From: Nitrospiraceae bacterium
GTDB taxonomy: Bacteria; Nitrospirota; Nitrospiria; Nitrospirales; Nitrospiraceae
Assembly: GCA_050246315.1 (NCBI GenBank)
Contig: JBFWWG010000008.1
Coordinates: 64,001-128,000 of the forward strand
Direction: 5' to 3'
DNA length: 64,000 bases
Positions within the stretch are counted from its first letter, which is position 1. Each line of letters starts with the position of its first letter. The notes under the pieces were generated by a model. That model saw nothing but the letters and a program-made list of their open reading frames with translations. It had not been told where the DNA came from and made no database searches. The position numbers were made by a program, and so were the translations under genes. Below, piece after piece: positions 31,315 through 40,639 of this stretch.

Positions 31315-32604
31315 TCACCGCTCTGTCGCATCGTTCTTTTCGCTCGATGGCGGATTCAAGGCCGTCAGTTCCAGCCCCTCGATCTCTTTCAATGATTTGC
31401 CCGCGATGCCCTGAAGATCGCCGTACATGCCGACCGTGGCCTGCATGACCCGCTCGATCTGTTCCTCGCGCTTGGCCCACTGTTTGGTGATCGCCTTCTT
31501 CTCCTTGTCCAAATCTTCCCGCATGGTTGAAAAGGCTTCGACGATCGCCTCGACCCGGTGGCGAAACCGCGGTCCGGTCAGATAGTCGTAGATCATCTCC
31601 ATCTTGGTCTGCTGACCTTCGGAGGCCTGCCGGGCCGCCGCCACCTCGATGAGCCTCTGCCGGAGCGCCATCGCGACCGGCAGCACGACCCTCGGATGGA
31701 CCACCCAGACGCCGTCCACCAAGTCAAAAGACTCAACTCCTTTGGGCAGTACCTGACTGACCATCACCGAGAGTTCCGCCTTGGCCGTCCGCTGATCCTC
31801 GCGCAACTTGGCCAGCCAGCCGTCGCTCCAGTTCTTGGTCCGTTTGGATTCCCAGAGAATGCTCCCGCAGGATTGACCGAGCGGACCGATGACGATCTGA
31901 AGCACATCGCCGCCATGTTCACCCTTTGGTATCGGTTGGATCGTATCGCGCGGGAAGGTGGCGCCGAGCAACGCCTCAAGTTCCAATTCCTGGACCTCTC
32001 CTTGGAGTTGCTGGGAGCCCTGTTCGGCCTTTCGCCTGAGCTCTTCGATTTGTTTCTGCATCGACGCGATGGTCTGCTCCTTCTCCATCACTTTCAGCTT
32101 CAACGCCTCCTCCGCCTCCTTCTTCGCCTGCTCTCGCGTGGCAACCAGTCCGTCCTGCACGCGCTTTTCGACCGTGAGATCCAACTCACGCTTGGCGTCG
32201 TCCAACTCCCGCTGCTTCCGAATCACCTCGACTTGTGCTTGCTGTGCTTCCGCGAGCTTGGCATCTCGTTGTTGAAGCAATGCTTGAATGTCTGAAAGTT
32301 CTCGGGTTTTCTGGTCAAGGTCCGCCTGCAATGCCTGCCTGGCCTTCTTGGCTTCCTCGACGGCAATCCGGTTCCGTTCGAGTCGCATCTTTTCTGCGAC
32401 TTGATCGTCGATCGTCTGCTGCGCCTTGGAGAGAGCCTCCTCTCGCTCTCTCAAGGTCGCTTCGCGTTTCGCCGCATCCGCGTCCTTTTTGGCCAGTCGT
32501 TGCTCGTATTCGCGTTTGGTGGATTCGATCAGCGGAGCCGCAAGTGATTCCGTGAGCTTGATTTCCGTCTTGCAGGTCGGACAGATGATGGTCGGTTCGC
32601 TCAT
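31315..32604 (-). CDS. DUF2130 coiled-coil protein
   Basis: CPTC N-terminus, long coiled coil, GSQQLQGEVQEL, ILWESKRTKNWSDGW. Confidence 0.88.
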   Translation of the reverse strand: MSEPTIICPTCKTEIKLTESLAAPLIESTKREYEQRLAKKDADAAKREATLREREEALSKAQQTIDDQVAEKMRLERNRIAVEEAKKARQALQADLDQKTRELSDIQALLQQRDAKLAEAQQAQVEVIRKQRELDDAKRELDLTVEKRVQDGLVATREQAKKEAEEALKLKVMEKEQTIASMQKQIEELRRKAEQGSQQLQGEVQELELEALLGATFPRDTIQPIPKGEHGGDVLQIVIGPLGQSCGSILWESKRTKNWSDGWLAKLREDQRTAKAELSVMVSQVLPKGVESFDLVDGVWVVHPRVVLPVAMALRQRLIEVAAARQASEGQQTKMEMIYDYLTGPRFRHRVEAIVEAFSTMREDLDKEKKAITKQWAKREEQIERVMQATVGMYGDLQGIAGKSLKEIEGLELTALNPPSSEKNDATER

Positions 32605-32773
32605 AGAGGTCTCCGTCGGTTTCTCCCCGGAAGGCCGAACGATTCGCTGGCCGGCTGCGCCCCGGAGACCGGCAGCATATCAACTCCTGCCGGGGCCGTG
32701 CCAGCGTTACACTTGAGCCCATCGATTGTGTAGACTGTCGTGACGGCACACAGCAGCCCGCGTCTCATTCTCC

Positions 32774-33784
32774 GTGCCGGATGAGGACCACGTGAACCAG
32801 ATTTCTCCCGTGCCCTTCTACATGCTGACCGGCCCGTTGGGGACAGGCAAGACGACGATGCTGCTGCGCCTGTTGGAATATTGGAAGAAGCAGGGCCGCA
32901 ATGTCGGGGTGGTCATGAACGAATCCGGCCAGATCAGCATCGACGGGCCGCGCGCCGGCGCCATCGCCGGCCAGGTGGTGAATCTCGCCGGCGGCTGCGT
33001 CTGTTGCGATACGAAGGACGACCTGGCCTGGGGTATCGGTCAGTTGATCACCGAGGACCAGTGCAACCTCATCGTGCTGGAATGTTCCGGCATGGCCAAT
33101 CCGACGGAAGTCATCGATGCCGTCACCGACGCCTTTGTCTCACGGTTCGTGACGTTGCGCCAGGTCATCGCGCTGCTTCAGCCGGCGGCCGACCCCGAAC
33201 AGGCCTACAACGATCCGGTGATCGCCCACTCGCTCCGCTGCGCCGACGACATCATCTTGAACAAACGCGATCTGTTTCTCAGCACCTTGTGGAAAGCGTC
33301 CTCCAGAGCCATTGTCGCCCGCAATCCCGACGCGCGTCTTTGGGAAGCCAGCCAGGCCCGTGTCGATCTGGACGAGCTGCTCCGACCACGCGAGCGGCCG
33401 CGATCGAATCAGCCTACACCAAACGTAACCTTCGACGCTGATCCGCCCTCGACTCACTCTACAGCGCGCGCCGCCTATCATCCCCTGGTCGTCACGGCAC
33501 GACTGCCCGGTCCGGTGGATCGGCGCAAGTTCATGGAGTGGATGACGGGGCTCCCGGCGGGACTCGAACGAGCTAAGGGATTCCTGCGGTTTAGCGACGA
33601 TCCGTCGCTCCAGGAGTTTCAATTTGCGCCGCCCGGCGTCAATCGGGTGGAGCCGCTTCATCTGCTGGATGAACCCCCGCATGCCATCGTGCTCATCGGT
33701 CGGGGCTATGACCAAGAGGCCTGTCGGTCTGCGTTGCTGGCCTGTATCCATGCCGGAGCAGACCATCACCGGCAGCGCGAGTGA
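32774..33784 (+). CDS. COG0523 / CobW-family metal-binding GTPase
   Basis: GPLGTGKTT, NESG, GGCVCC, ECSG, NKRD, C-terminal RAKGF..IVLIG. Confidence 0.88.
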   Translation: MPDEDHVNQISPVPFYMLTGPLGTGKTTMLLRLLEYWKKQGRNVGVVMNESGQISIDGPRAGAIAGQVVNLAGGCVCCDTKDDLAWGIGQLITEDQCNLIVLECSGMANPTEVIDAVTDAFVSRFVTLRQVIALLQPAADPEQAYNDPVIAHSLRCADDIILNKRDLFLSTLWKASSRAIVARNPDARLWEASQARVDLDELLRPRERPRSNQPTPNVTFDADPPSTHSTARAAYHPLVVTARLPGPVDRRKFMEWMTGLPAGLERAKGFLRFSDDPSLQEFQFAPPGVNRVEPLHLLDEPPHAIVLIGRGYDQEACRSALLACIHAGADHHRQRE

Positions 33785-33809
33785 GTTGATCGGGAACACT
33801 CCAACGTCC

Positions 33810-34595
33810 ATGCGTCCATTCGAAGGACTGGCAACCGGGATCTGGAGCCTGGTGCTCTGCATCAGCACGGTCGGACCGGCGCTCGTGGTTGGGGCCGGTT
33901 TCGACGAGGCGTCGAACCCTAGGAATCCGCTCGCAGCGGCGGTCACACCGGCGACTTTCGGCCTGATCCGCATCATGCCGCTGGGGGACTCGATCACGGA
34001 ATCGTCCAGCGGGTTCGGCAGCTACCGATACTACTTATGGCAAGACCTGGCGCGAGAGGGATTCACCGTGGACTTCGTCGGATCGATGACCGGCACCGGG
34101 GGAGAGGCAGCCGATTCGCCGGAGTTCGATTCAGACCACGAAGGCCATCCCGGGTGGAGGGCTGATGAAGTCGCAGATCACCTCGATGGCTGGGCCGGCT
34201 CGGCACGGCCGGACGTTGTGCTCATTCATCTCGGCACCAACGACCTGGCGCAAGGTCAGCCGCCCACCGACGTGATCCGGGATTTGACGAGGATCATCGA
34301 CCGGCTCCGCGTCGTCAACCCGCACGTCCATATTCTGGTCGCCCAGATCATCCCGATGGGAGCGGAGGGGCCGGCGCACGTGCTGGAACTCAATGCCGCG
34401 ATCGCGACCCTGGCGGACAGAGTCGGTACTGCCGATTCACCTGTGGAGGCCGTGGATCAGTTCACCGGCTTCGACCATGCCGGGATGACATGGGACGGCA
34501 TTCATCCGAATCGGAAAGGAAACAAGACAATGGCCACGGTCTGGATGCAGGCCCTGCTTCCACACTTGCGGATGATTCACTCGACTGTCCGATAG
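33810..34595 (+). CDS. SGNH/GDSL hydrolase
   Basis: IMPLGDSIT, HEGHPG, LGTND, DGIHPN. Confidence 0.88.
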   Translation: MRPFEGLATGIWSLVLCISTVGPALVVGAGFDEASNPRNPLAAAVTPATFGLIRIMPLGDSITESSSGFGSYRYYLWQDLAREGFTVDFVGSMTGTGGEAADSPEFDSDHEGHPGWRADEVADHLDGWAGSARPDVVLIHLGTNDLAQGQPPTDVIRDLTRIIDRLRVVNPHVHILVAQIIPMGAEGPAHVLELNAAIATLADRVGTADSPVEAVDQFTGFDHAGMTWDGIHPNRKGNKTMATVWMQALLPHLRMIHSTVR

Positions 34596-34604
34596 TCTCG
34601 CCGA

Positions 34605-35219
34605 TCAGTGACCGAGACCGATGAACGGTGTGTCCCCTTCCGCGCCGGGACGCGAGTGATCGGATGTGGGGATTGTCTTCACAGCCGCCGCAGGTCGAAA
34701 CCGATGCCAGCGAAGCAGCAAGAACGCGGCGCCGGCTCCCATGATCCCGCCCACCAGCCATCCTCCCAGCACATCGCCCGGATAGTGGACGCCGGTGTAA
34801 ACTCGGGCCACTCCCACCAGGAAGACAATCGGCCAACTGATCCATCCGGTCTTCGGATAGAGGGCGTGGAGAAAGGCCGCCATGGCGGCGGTATTGATCG
34901 CATGGTTGGATGGAAAGCCGAAGAGCCGCCCGCAATCGCCGAGAAGATGCACGTCGGGCAGGCTGACACAGGGTCGCAATCGTTCGACCAGGTGTTTGAG
35001 TTGCGCACCCATCGCATCGGCAATCCCCACGGCCGATGCGACGGTTGGAACGGCGAACAAGGACTCCCACCATGACCACCATGCCCACAGGACGACTGCG
35101 ACGCTCAGACCGAGCAGGCCCGGACTGGGGTGCGCACAGAATCGCATGGCGACATCAAGCCACTCGAATCGGCCGGCCAGGCCGTTGATCGCATAGAACA
35201 GCGCGGCGTCCCAGGTCAT
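34605..35219 (-). CDS. PAP2-family phosphatase
   Basis: K..RLRP, FPSNHA, RVYTGVHYPGDV. Confidence 0.9.
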   Translation of the reverse strand: MTWDAALFYAINGLAGRFEWLDVAMRFCAHPSPGLLGLSVAVVLWAWWSWWESLFAVPTVASAVGIADAMGAQLKHLVERLRPCVSLPDVHLLGDCGRLFGFPSNHAINTAAMAAFLHALYPKTGWISWPIVFLVGVARVYTGVHYPGDVLGGWLVGGIMGAGAAFLLLRWHRFRPAAAVKTIPTSDHSRPGAEGDTPFIGLGH

Positions 35220-35363
35220 CCGTCAGTCGCCAATCGTCAACCGACATTCGCCAAGCGTTAAGCGACAGGAGCAATTCATTGCGAAGCTTGTCTCCCCTTG
35301 TTGGATAAACCTGCAAGAGTGGACGATTGACGCGTGACCACTGACGAATGACGTTTGTCTGAT

Positions 35364-35834
35364 TCACTGCGTCCGGAAATGGATGCGCACCGTAATCTCG
35401 CCATCCACCGGCTCATCGCCCTTCATCTGCGGCTCGAAAGTCCATCGGTTCAGAGCCTGAAGGCTCGCCTGCGTCAGCTCGCGATGCTTGCAAGGCTCCA
35501 GCACCACCACGGTCGCGGTGGCGTTCTTGCTGACCAGAAATCGCGCCTTCATCCAGTCGTCGATCACCTTGCCGTCGAGCTGCGGCGGAATCTTCGGCCA
35601 GGGTGTGAGTTTCGGAACCGGTCCGAGCTGCTGATCCTTGTTCAGCGGCAAACCATGGACGTGCACTTCCTGAAGGTCGAGAACCTCAAGGTCCTCGGCA
35701 TGATCAGCCTCGTGCGTGGCACCGTCGCCGCTTGCCGCGTTCGCGGCGACCGGCCAGAAGCAGAGACAAAACGCAGAGCCCAGCACGATCTTCCGAATCT
35801 TTGCCGTCACCCAGGTGGAGACCGCTTCTCTCAT
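35364..35834 (-). CDS. TonB C-terminal domain protein
   Basis: C-terminal ALNRWTFEPQMKGDEPV; directly downstream of the TonB-dependent receptor. Confidence 0.75.
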   Translation of the reverse strand: MREAVSTWVTAKIRKIVLGSAFCLCFWPVAANAASGDGATHEADHAEDLEVLDLQEVHVHGLPLNKDQQLGPVPKLTPWPKIPPQLDGKVIDDWMKARFLVSKNATATVVVLEPCKHRELTQASLQALNRWTFEPQMKGDEPVDGEITVRIHFRTQ

Positions 35835-35921
35835 GACCTCCCACGCTCCATGATCGGATGAGCACATCGGCCTCCGACCTCTCGCTCGAACCGGATGTTC
35901 CCGCAATCCTCCCGCACGTTG

Positions 35922-38339
35922 TTAGAAGAACCACTGTGCGCGGAGGAAGAATGATCGCGGCATTCCGGCATGAGCCACGCCCAAGCCGATGCTGCCTCCT
36001 CCGGAATTGTAGAAGTATCGTTCATTGAATAGGTTGATGAGATCGATTCCGAGCAACATCTTCTGGTTGTGCCAAGGTAGCGGAATCACATGAGTGATCG
36101 ATGCATTATAGACCGTGTAAGAGGGCTCGTGTGTAGAATTTGTTTTGGCTCCCTCTTCCGCCGTTCTGAGACCGTAGCCGTATAACATCTGGCCAGAAAT
36201 ATTGGTCCGCGGAAAGATTTGGTAATTCACCACCGCCGAACTGGTCACGAACTGAGAGTGATCGCAGAACACACCGCCCTTCGAATTGATGTCGTCAATT
36301 TCTCTTTGGCCAAGCAAGTATTGTCCGGACTGTAGCCCGTAGCCCTTGCACTGGCCCCAACCTGCGACCCCACGGCCCGTCAGCTTGTCGAAGTTGAACG
36401 TCACTCCCCCGTCGATACCACGGGTCCACCCGTTTTCGAATGCGAAGAAATTCAGCATCGGCGTGGTGCCGAACTGCCCCGCATCCGACAAATAGTGCGC
36501 GAGCTTGTAATATCCCGTTACCTGTAGCGTCGCATACCGGGTGATGGCATGATAGCTTCCCACCTCGAAATAGTGCGCGCGCTCCGCACGGGGACGGAAG
36601 CCGGTCGGGTCGTCGGGGGCGGCCGTGGTGTTCTGGGTATTCAGATTAGCAAATGCGATCTGCTCGACGTTGGGCGGAGTAAATTGCCTGCCGTAATAGG
36701 CGTGGAAAACGTTTGACTGGTTGAGCTTGTAGGTCAGGCCGAGTCTCGGACTGACCTGCCCCTCGTTGTAGAACCCCTGGATGGCATCGCCTCTGACGCC
36801 CAGATTGAGAGTCCACTGGTCGTTCAATGTCCACTGGTCCTGCACCCAAACTTCCTGTCGCGTCTGATTGTTCAGGTTGGATGATTGCAAGCCGATGACC
36901 GGACCCAGCGGCACGCCGCCACCGGTGTCGAAAGCGAAAATCTGCGCCTCGTTGTTCGCGCGGGTATAGTCGAATTGAAAACCCGACCTGATCAGGTGCT
37001 TGCTGTTGGGCACCCAGGCGTAGTCCAAGCGGAACCCGCCGGAATAGGCCGTCCGTTTCTGATTCGCGGTCTGAGCGGAGTCCACATCGTCGACGTAGGC
37101 CAGCGAGTTCAAGGGATCGGTCTGGAAATTTGCCACGCCCCGCCGAAAATAGAACCCGAGATTGAAGAAGCTACTCGCGTTCACGTCATGTCGCCAGACC
37201 AATTGGGTGTATTGATTGTTCTCCTTCTGAAACTGATTCACGTATTGCGAGTTGCTGGGCTCGAACCCGGACGGCAACAAGGCAAGGACTTGGCCGTTCG
37301 GCTCAAGGTTTGGAATCGTCGGGATCTGGTACTTCGCCACCGAGCCAAGGAAGATCCAGGCGAAGTTGTTCCGATTGTCTCGCTGGTAGTCACCCCGCAG
37401 ATACGTGTTATTCTTCTCGCTCTGGTTGTGGTAGCTCGGATTGCCCAGTGTGGGAGGATCAAGCCCGCGATTCGTGGTGACATAGCTGTTCATGAGGTAG
37501 AACCGAAACTTTTCGCCGATCGTCCCGCCGTATTCCAATGAAGGATTCACCGTCTCATTCGATCCGCCGAAAGTCTGAATCGAGCCGAAGCCGGGTTTCG
37601 TGCCGCTCTTACTCGTGATATCTACAAGGACGGCCGTTTTGTTTCCGTATTGCGCCTCCATGCCGCCCAGGATCATGTCCGACCGCTCCCACGCACGAGG
37701 CGGAACGATATCGGCAAAGGCGCCGGTAACCGTGTCGGGAATCGGAATGCCGTCGATCCGATACTGCTGGTTGGCATGGTCCTGACGAATGTGGGTTTGA
37801 TTGAGCGCTCCATAGGCCACGCTCGGAAGGGTCAGCAATACACTTGCGACATCGTTATTGTTGCCCCGGGGGAGAATCTCCACATCTTTCCGGCTCAACT
37901 GATAGATCGAGCTTGAGGCGTTGTGTTGAATCGCGGGCAGCGGGGAGACGATCTCCAACGCAATTTCCTGGGTGACCGCCAACGTCAGGGTCACCGGCGC
38001 CGGTGGCTCGATTCCGATCTTCAGCACGACAAATTCGCTCTTGTAGGTGTCCTGAATCGCGCTGATGGAATAGGTGCCTTCGCCTGGCACCGTCACCGTA
38101 AATTCCCCGGCCTGGTTCGTGACTCCCTCCGTCACCACCGTGCCTTCTTGATCACGAACCTGCACGATCGCCTGATCAACTCGACGAAGATCCTGGTTCT
38201 GGACGACGCCGCTGATCCGATTCATCTGCGGCCCGGGTTCCCCTTCTTGGGCCTGTACAGGCGACAGCGGGATGATGACCCCGGCCAGCAGGCAGCAGGC
38301 CAAAATCGTCCCAAACTCACGTTTGGCAGCACGATGCAC
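35922..38339 (-). CDS. TonB-dependent receptor with N-terminal extension
   Basis: Signal peptide, carboxypeptidase-regulatory-like domain, plug (YRIDGIP..GGMEAQYG), VSPRLG, INLFN, terminal aromatic WFF. GTG 38339 follows GAGGAGGAGG. Confidence 0.92.
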   Translation of the reverse strand: MHRAAKREFGTILACCLLAGVIIPLSPVQAQEGEPGPQMNRISGVVQNQDLRRVDQAIVQVRDQEGTVVTEGVTNQAGEFTVTVPGEGTYSISAIQDTYKSEFVVLKIGIEPPAPVTLTLAVTQEIALEIVSPLPAIQHNASSSIYQLSRKDVEILPRGNNNDVASVLLTLPSVAYGALNQTHIRQDHANQQYRIDGIPIPDTVTGAFADIVPPRAWERSDMILGGMEAQYGNKTAVLVDITSKSGTKPGFGSIQTFGGSNETVNPSLEYGGTIGEKFRFYLMNSYVTTNRGLDPPTLGNPSYHNQSEKNNTYLRGDYQRDNRNNFAWIFLGSVAKYQIPTIPNLEPNGQVLALLPSGFEPSNSQYVNQFQKENNQYTQLVWRHDVNASSFFNLGFYFRRGVANFQTDPLNSLAYVDDVDSAQTANQKRTAYSGGFRLDYAWVPNSKHLIRSGFQFDYTRANNEAQIFAFDTGGGVPLGPVIGLQSSNLNNQTRQEVWVQDQWTLNDQWTLNLGVRGDAIQGFYNEGQVSPRLGLTYKLNQSNVFHAYYGRQFTPPNVEQIAFANLNTQNTTAAPDDPTGFRPRAERAHYFEVGSYHAITRYATLQVTGYYKLAHYLSDAGQFGTTPMLNFFAFENGWTRGIDGGVTFNFDKLTGRGVAGWGQCKGYGLQSGQYLLGQREIDDINSKGGVFCDHSQFVTSSAVVNYQIFPRTNISGQMLYGYGLRTAEEGAKTNSTHEPSYTVYNASITHVIPLPWHNQKMLLGIDLINLFNERYFYNSGGGSIGLGVAHAGMPRSFFLRAQWFF

Positions 38340-38444
38340 GATGTCCTCCTCCTCACCGAGCACAACGGACGACTGCACGCCAGGCTCGATCGCAACGCGA
38401 TCGGTCTGCGTTCGGCAGCCGTGACAGGGTTGTGTTGACGGGAA

Positions 38445-38783
38445 TCAGAGAACCGGAGGAGCCCTTGGGGAGGCGGTCACGATCAGCGCCGACGCGACAG
38501 GGGCGACGACGGATGAAACAACGGCTTCGCACGGAACCAGAAAGCGTTGGACGGTAGAGAGAACGGCCAGGACAGACTGTCCGGTGTGGTGTTGAACCCA
38601 CTGGCAAAGGTCCGAGTCGGAATGTTCATGCCCGTCGTGATCCGCCGCAGCCAGCTCATGGTGCACACCCAGGGCGGCGGCAAAGGGCATGAGCGTCAGC
38701 AGCAGCAGAATGAGGGCCTGGACGCTCAAGGCTGTGGCCAGACGACCAAGCCGGTGCGAGCGAAACATGATCATGGGAATCAT
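38445..38783 (-). CDS. His-rich exported leader protein ending in RAPP (DUF2946/CruR-like architecture)
   Basis: Hydrophobic signal, HHELAAADHDGHEHSDSDLCQWVQHH, C-terminus SPRAPPVL*. Start is 38783, 38774 or 38768. Confidence 0.7.
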   Translation of the reverse strand: MIPMIMFRSHRLGRLATALSVQALILLLLTLMPFAAALGVHHELAAADHDGHEHSDSDLCQWVQHHTGQSVLAVLSTVQRFLVPCEAVVSSVVAPVASALIVTASPRAPPVL

Positions 38784-38911
38784 AGAGGGGCCGGACGGTA
38801 ACCTAGACGCGGTGAGACTGTCAATAACCGTGATATCCACATCCAGCGACACCGAGTCCGCCGCCGAAGATATTCTTGATCCTATCCCGCATATCCCTCT
38901 CGCATAATTCA

Positions 38912-38990
38912 CGTCCAGCATGATTCACAAGAATTCGGGACGAAACCGCGAAGATGCCGCGCGTTGGCCCCATTGCTCTGAAGCAGAGCA
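38912..38990 (-). mobile_element. Partial MITE end (family of 44232-44479)
   Basis: GCATGATTCAC..GACGAAACCG..AGATGCCGCGCGTTGG.CCCATTGC aligns with the reverse complement of 44400-44479. Confidence 0.6.
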
Positions 38991-39509
38991 CTGAGTAAAC
39001 CCTTCGCCTCGTCACGAACGGCAATGTCGAACAGACTCCGCGCGCGAGAAGCGATCGCCCCACCGAACGTGGCCGAACCGGCCTACTTCGGTGAACGTGG
39101 CGGGGTGGGTAGACGGTCCCCTGTCCGCTAGAGATTGCTGCCCGTGGCGAATGAGCGAAGTCTGTGCACGAGCGGCGCGCTGCAATCGGGGCAGGCCTGG
39201 TTGACGGCCTCGTTGACCCCTTGCAGAAATGGCCTCTGCTTGGTGCAGGTGGCGGCCCCTCAACATTGTCTGCCAGATACTCATAGAGTCGGAATGCCCG
39301 AGGTTCGAGAGCATGCAGCTCGGATCTGAAAGAGCTTTTCGTAGCGGTGTTGGACTTCTTTGGAAAAACTCGATATGCTAACGCCCTTTGGGCTGAATCC
39401 GTCTCGACAGCCTGAACTCCGACTGTCGGGAATTCGATCTCGGTGTCCAGCGGCAAATCGATCGCAGGGGGCGACGTTGCGCGCCTCGCAGGAGAAAGGA
39501 CCGTCAGCC

Positions 39510-40568
39510 ATGTACAGGCCGGTTGATAACCAGCACGTCATCGAAATTAAACCCCTTCCGTCTCCAAGGCAAGTCAAAACCAAACTGCCCTTGACCGAGC
39601 CGGCCTCGTCAGTGGTGTATGAAACCCGCCAAGCCATTCGAAACATCCTGCACGGGATCGATCGGGACCGACTGCTCGTCATCGTCGGCCCCTGCTCCAT
39701 CCATGACCCGGACGCGGCCTACGAGTACGCTGATCGGTTGAAAACCGTCGCCGATACGCTGCGCGAACGCGTGCTGATCGTGATGCGCACCTACTTCGAG
39801 AAACCCCGCACCACGGTCGGATGGAAGGGCCTCATCAATGATCCGCACCTCGACGGGACTTGCGATATCACCTTGGGTATCGAGTTGGCGCGAACGATTC
39901 TGCTGAATATCAACCATCGCGGCCTTCCTTGCGCCAGCGAACTACTCGACCCGGTCATGCCGCAGTATATTGCCGACCTCGTGAGTTGGGCCGCCATCGG
40001 AGCCAGAACTACGGAAAGCCAGACTCATCGCGAGATGGCGAGCGGCCTGTCCATGCCCATCGGCTTCAAGAATGGTACAGAAGGCAGCTTTCAGGTCGCG
40101 ATCAACGCGATGGTGGCGGCCCGCACGCCGCATCATTTCGTCGGCATCAACGCCGACGGGATCACCTCCATCATCAAGACCACGGGGAACCCCGACCGCC
40201 ATCTCGTCCTGCGCGGCGGAGGCGGCCGGACGAACTATGGCGCCGAGGATATCGCGCGCGCGGAAGCGGCCGTCTCCGAGGAAGGACTCGTCCGACCGAT
40301 CATGGTCGATTGCTCACACGACAATTCCGGGAAGAATCACCAACGCCAGGTTGAAGTGGCGCGTGAGGTCGTCGCGCAATTCGAGCAGGGCCGGCGCTCC
40401 ATCATGGGCCTCATGCTGGAAAGCCATCTCAACCCGGGCCGCCAAACTTGGGAACCCAACAGGCCGCTGGCCTACGGGGTGTCGATCACCGACCCCTGCC
40501 TCTCCTGGAGCGATACCGAAGCGTTGCTGCATAATTTGGCGACCAGCCCGGCCGCTCGACCCGCGTAG
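39510..40568 (+). CDS. DAHP synthase class I (AroF/G/H type)
   Basis: GPCSIHD, YFEKPRTTVGWKG, IGARTTESQ, VDCSH, SITDPC. Confidence 0.95.
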   Translation: MYRPVDNQHVIEIKPLPSPRQVKTKLPLTEPASSVVYETRQAIRNILHGIDRDRLLVIVGPCSIHDPDAAYEYADRLKTVADTLRERVLIVMRTYFEKPRTTVGWKGLINDPHLDGTCDITLGIELARTILLNINHRGLPCASELLDPVMPQYIADLVSWAAIGARTTESQTHREMASGLSMPIGFKNGTEGSFQVAINAMVAARTPHHFVGINADGITSIIKTTGNPDRHLVLRGGGGRTNYGAEDIARAEAAVSEEGLVRPIMVDCSHDNSGKNHQRQVEVAREVVAQFEQGRRSIMGLMLESHLNPGRQTWEPNRPLAYGVSITDPCLSWSDTEALLHNLATSPAARPA

Positions 40569-40639
40569 CGTTCGATCCAGAGACCGTGCCTGCGCAACGG
40601 TACCGGCGCGTCTCCGACGCGCCGGCAAGACCTGCCTCC

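Noticed and set aside
39388..39402. GGGCTGAATCC as part of a c-di-AMP (ydaO) riboswitch
   Set aside because: The other conserved ydaO segments are not present.
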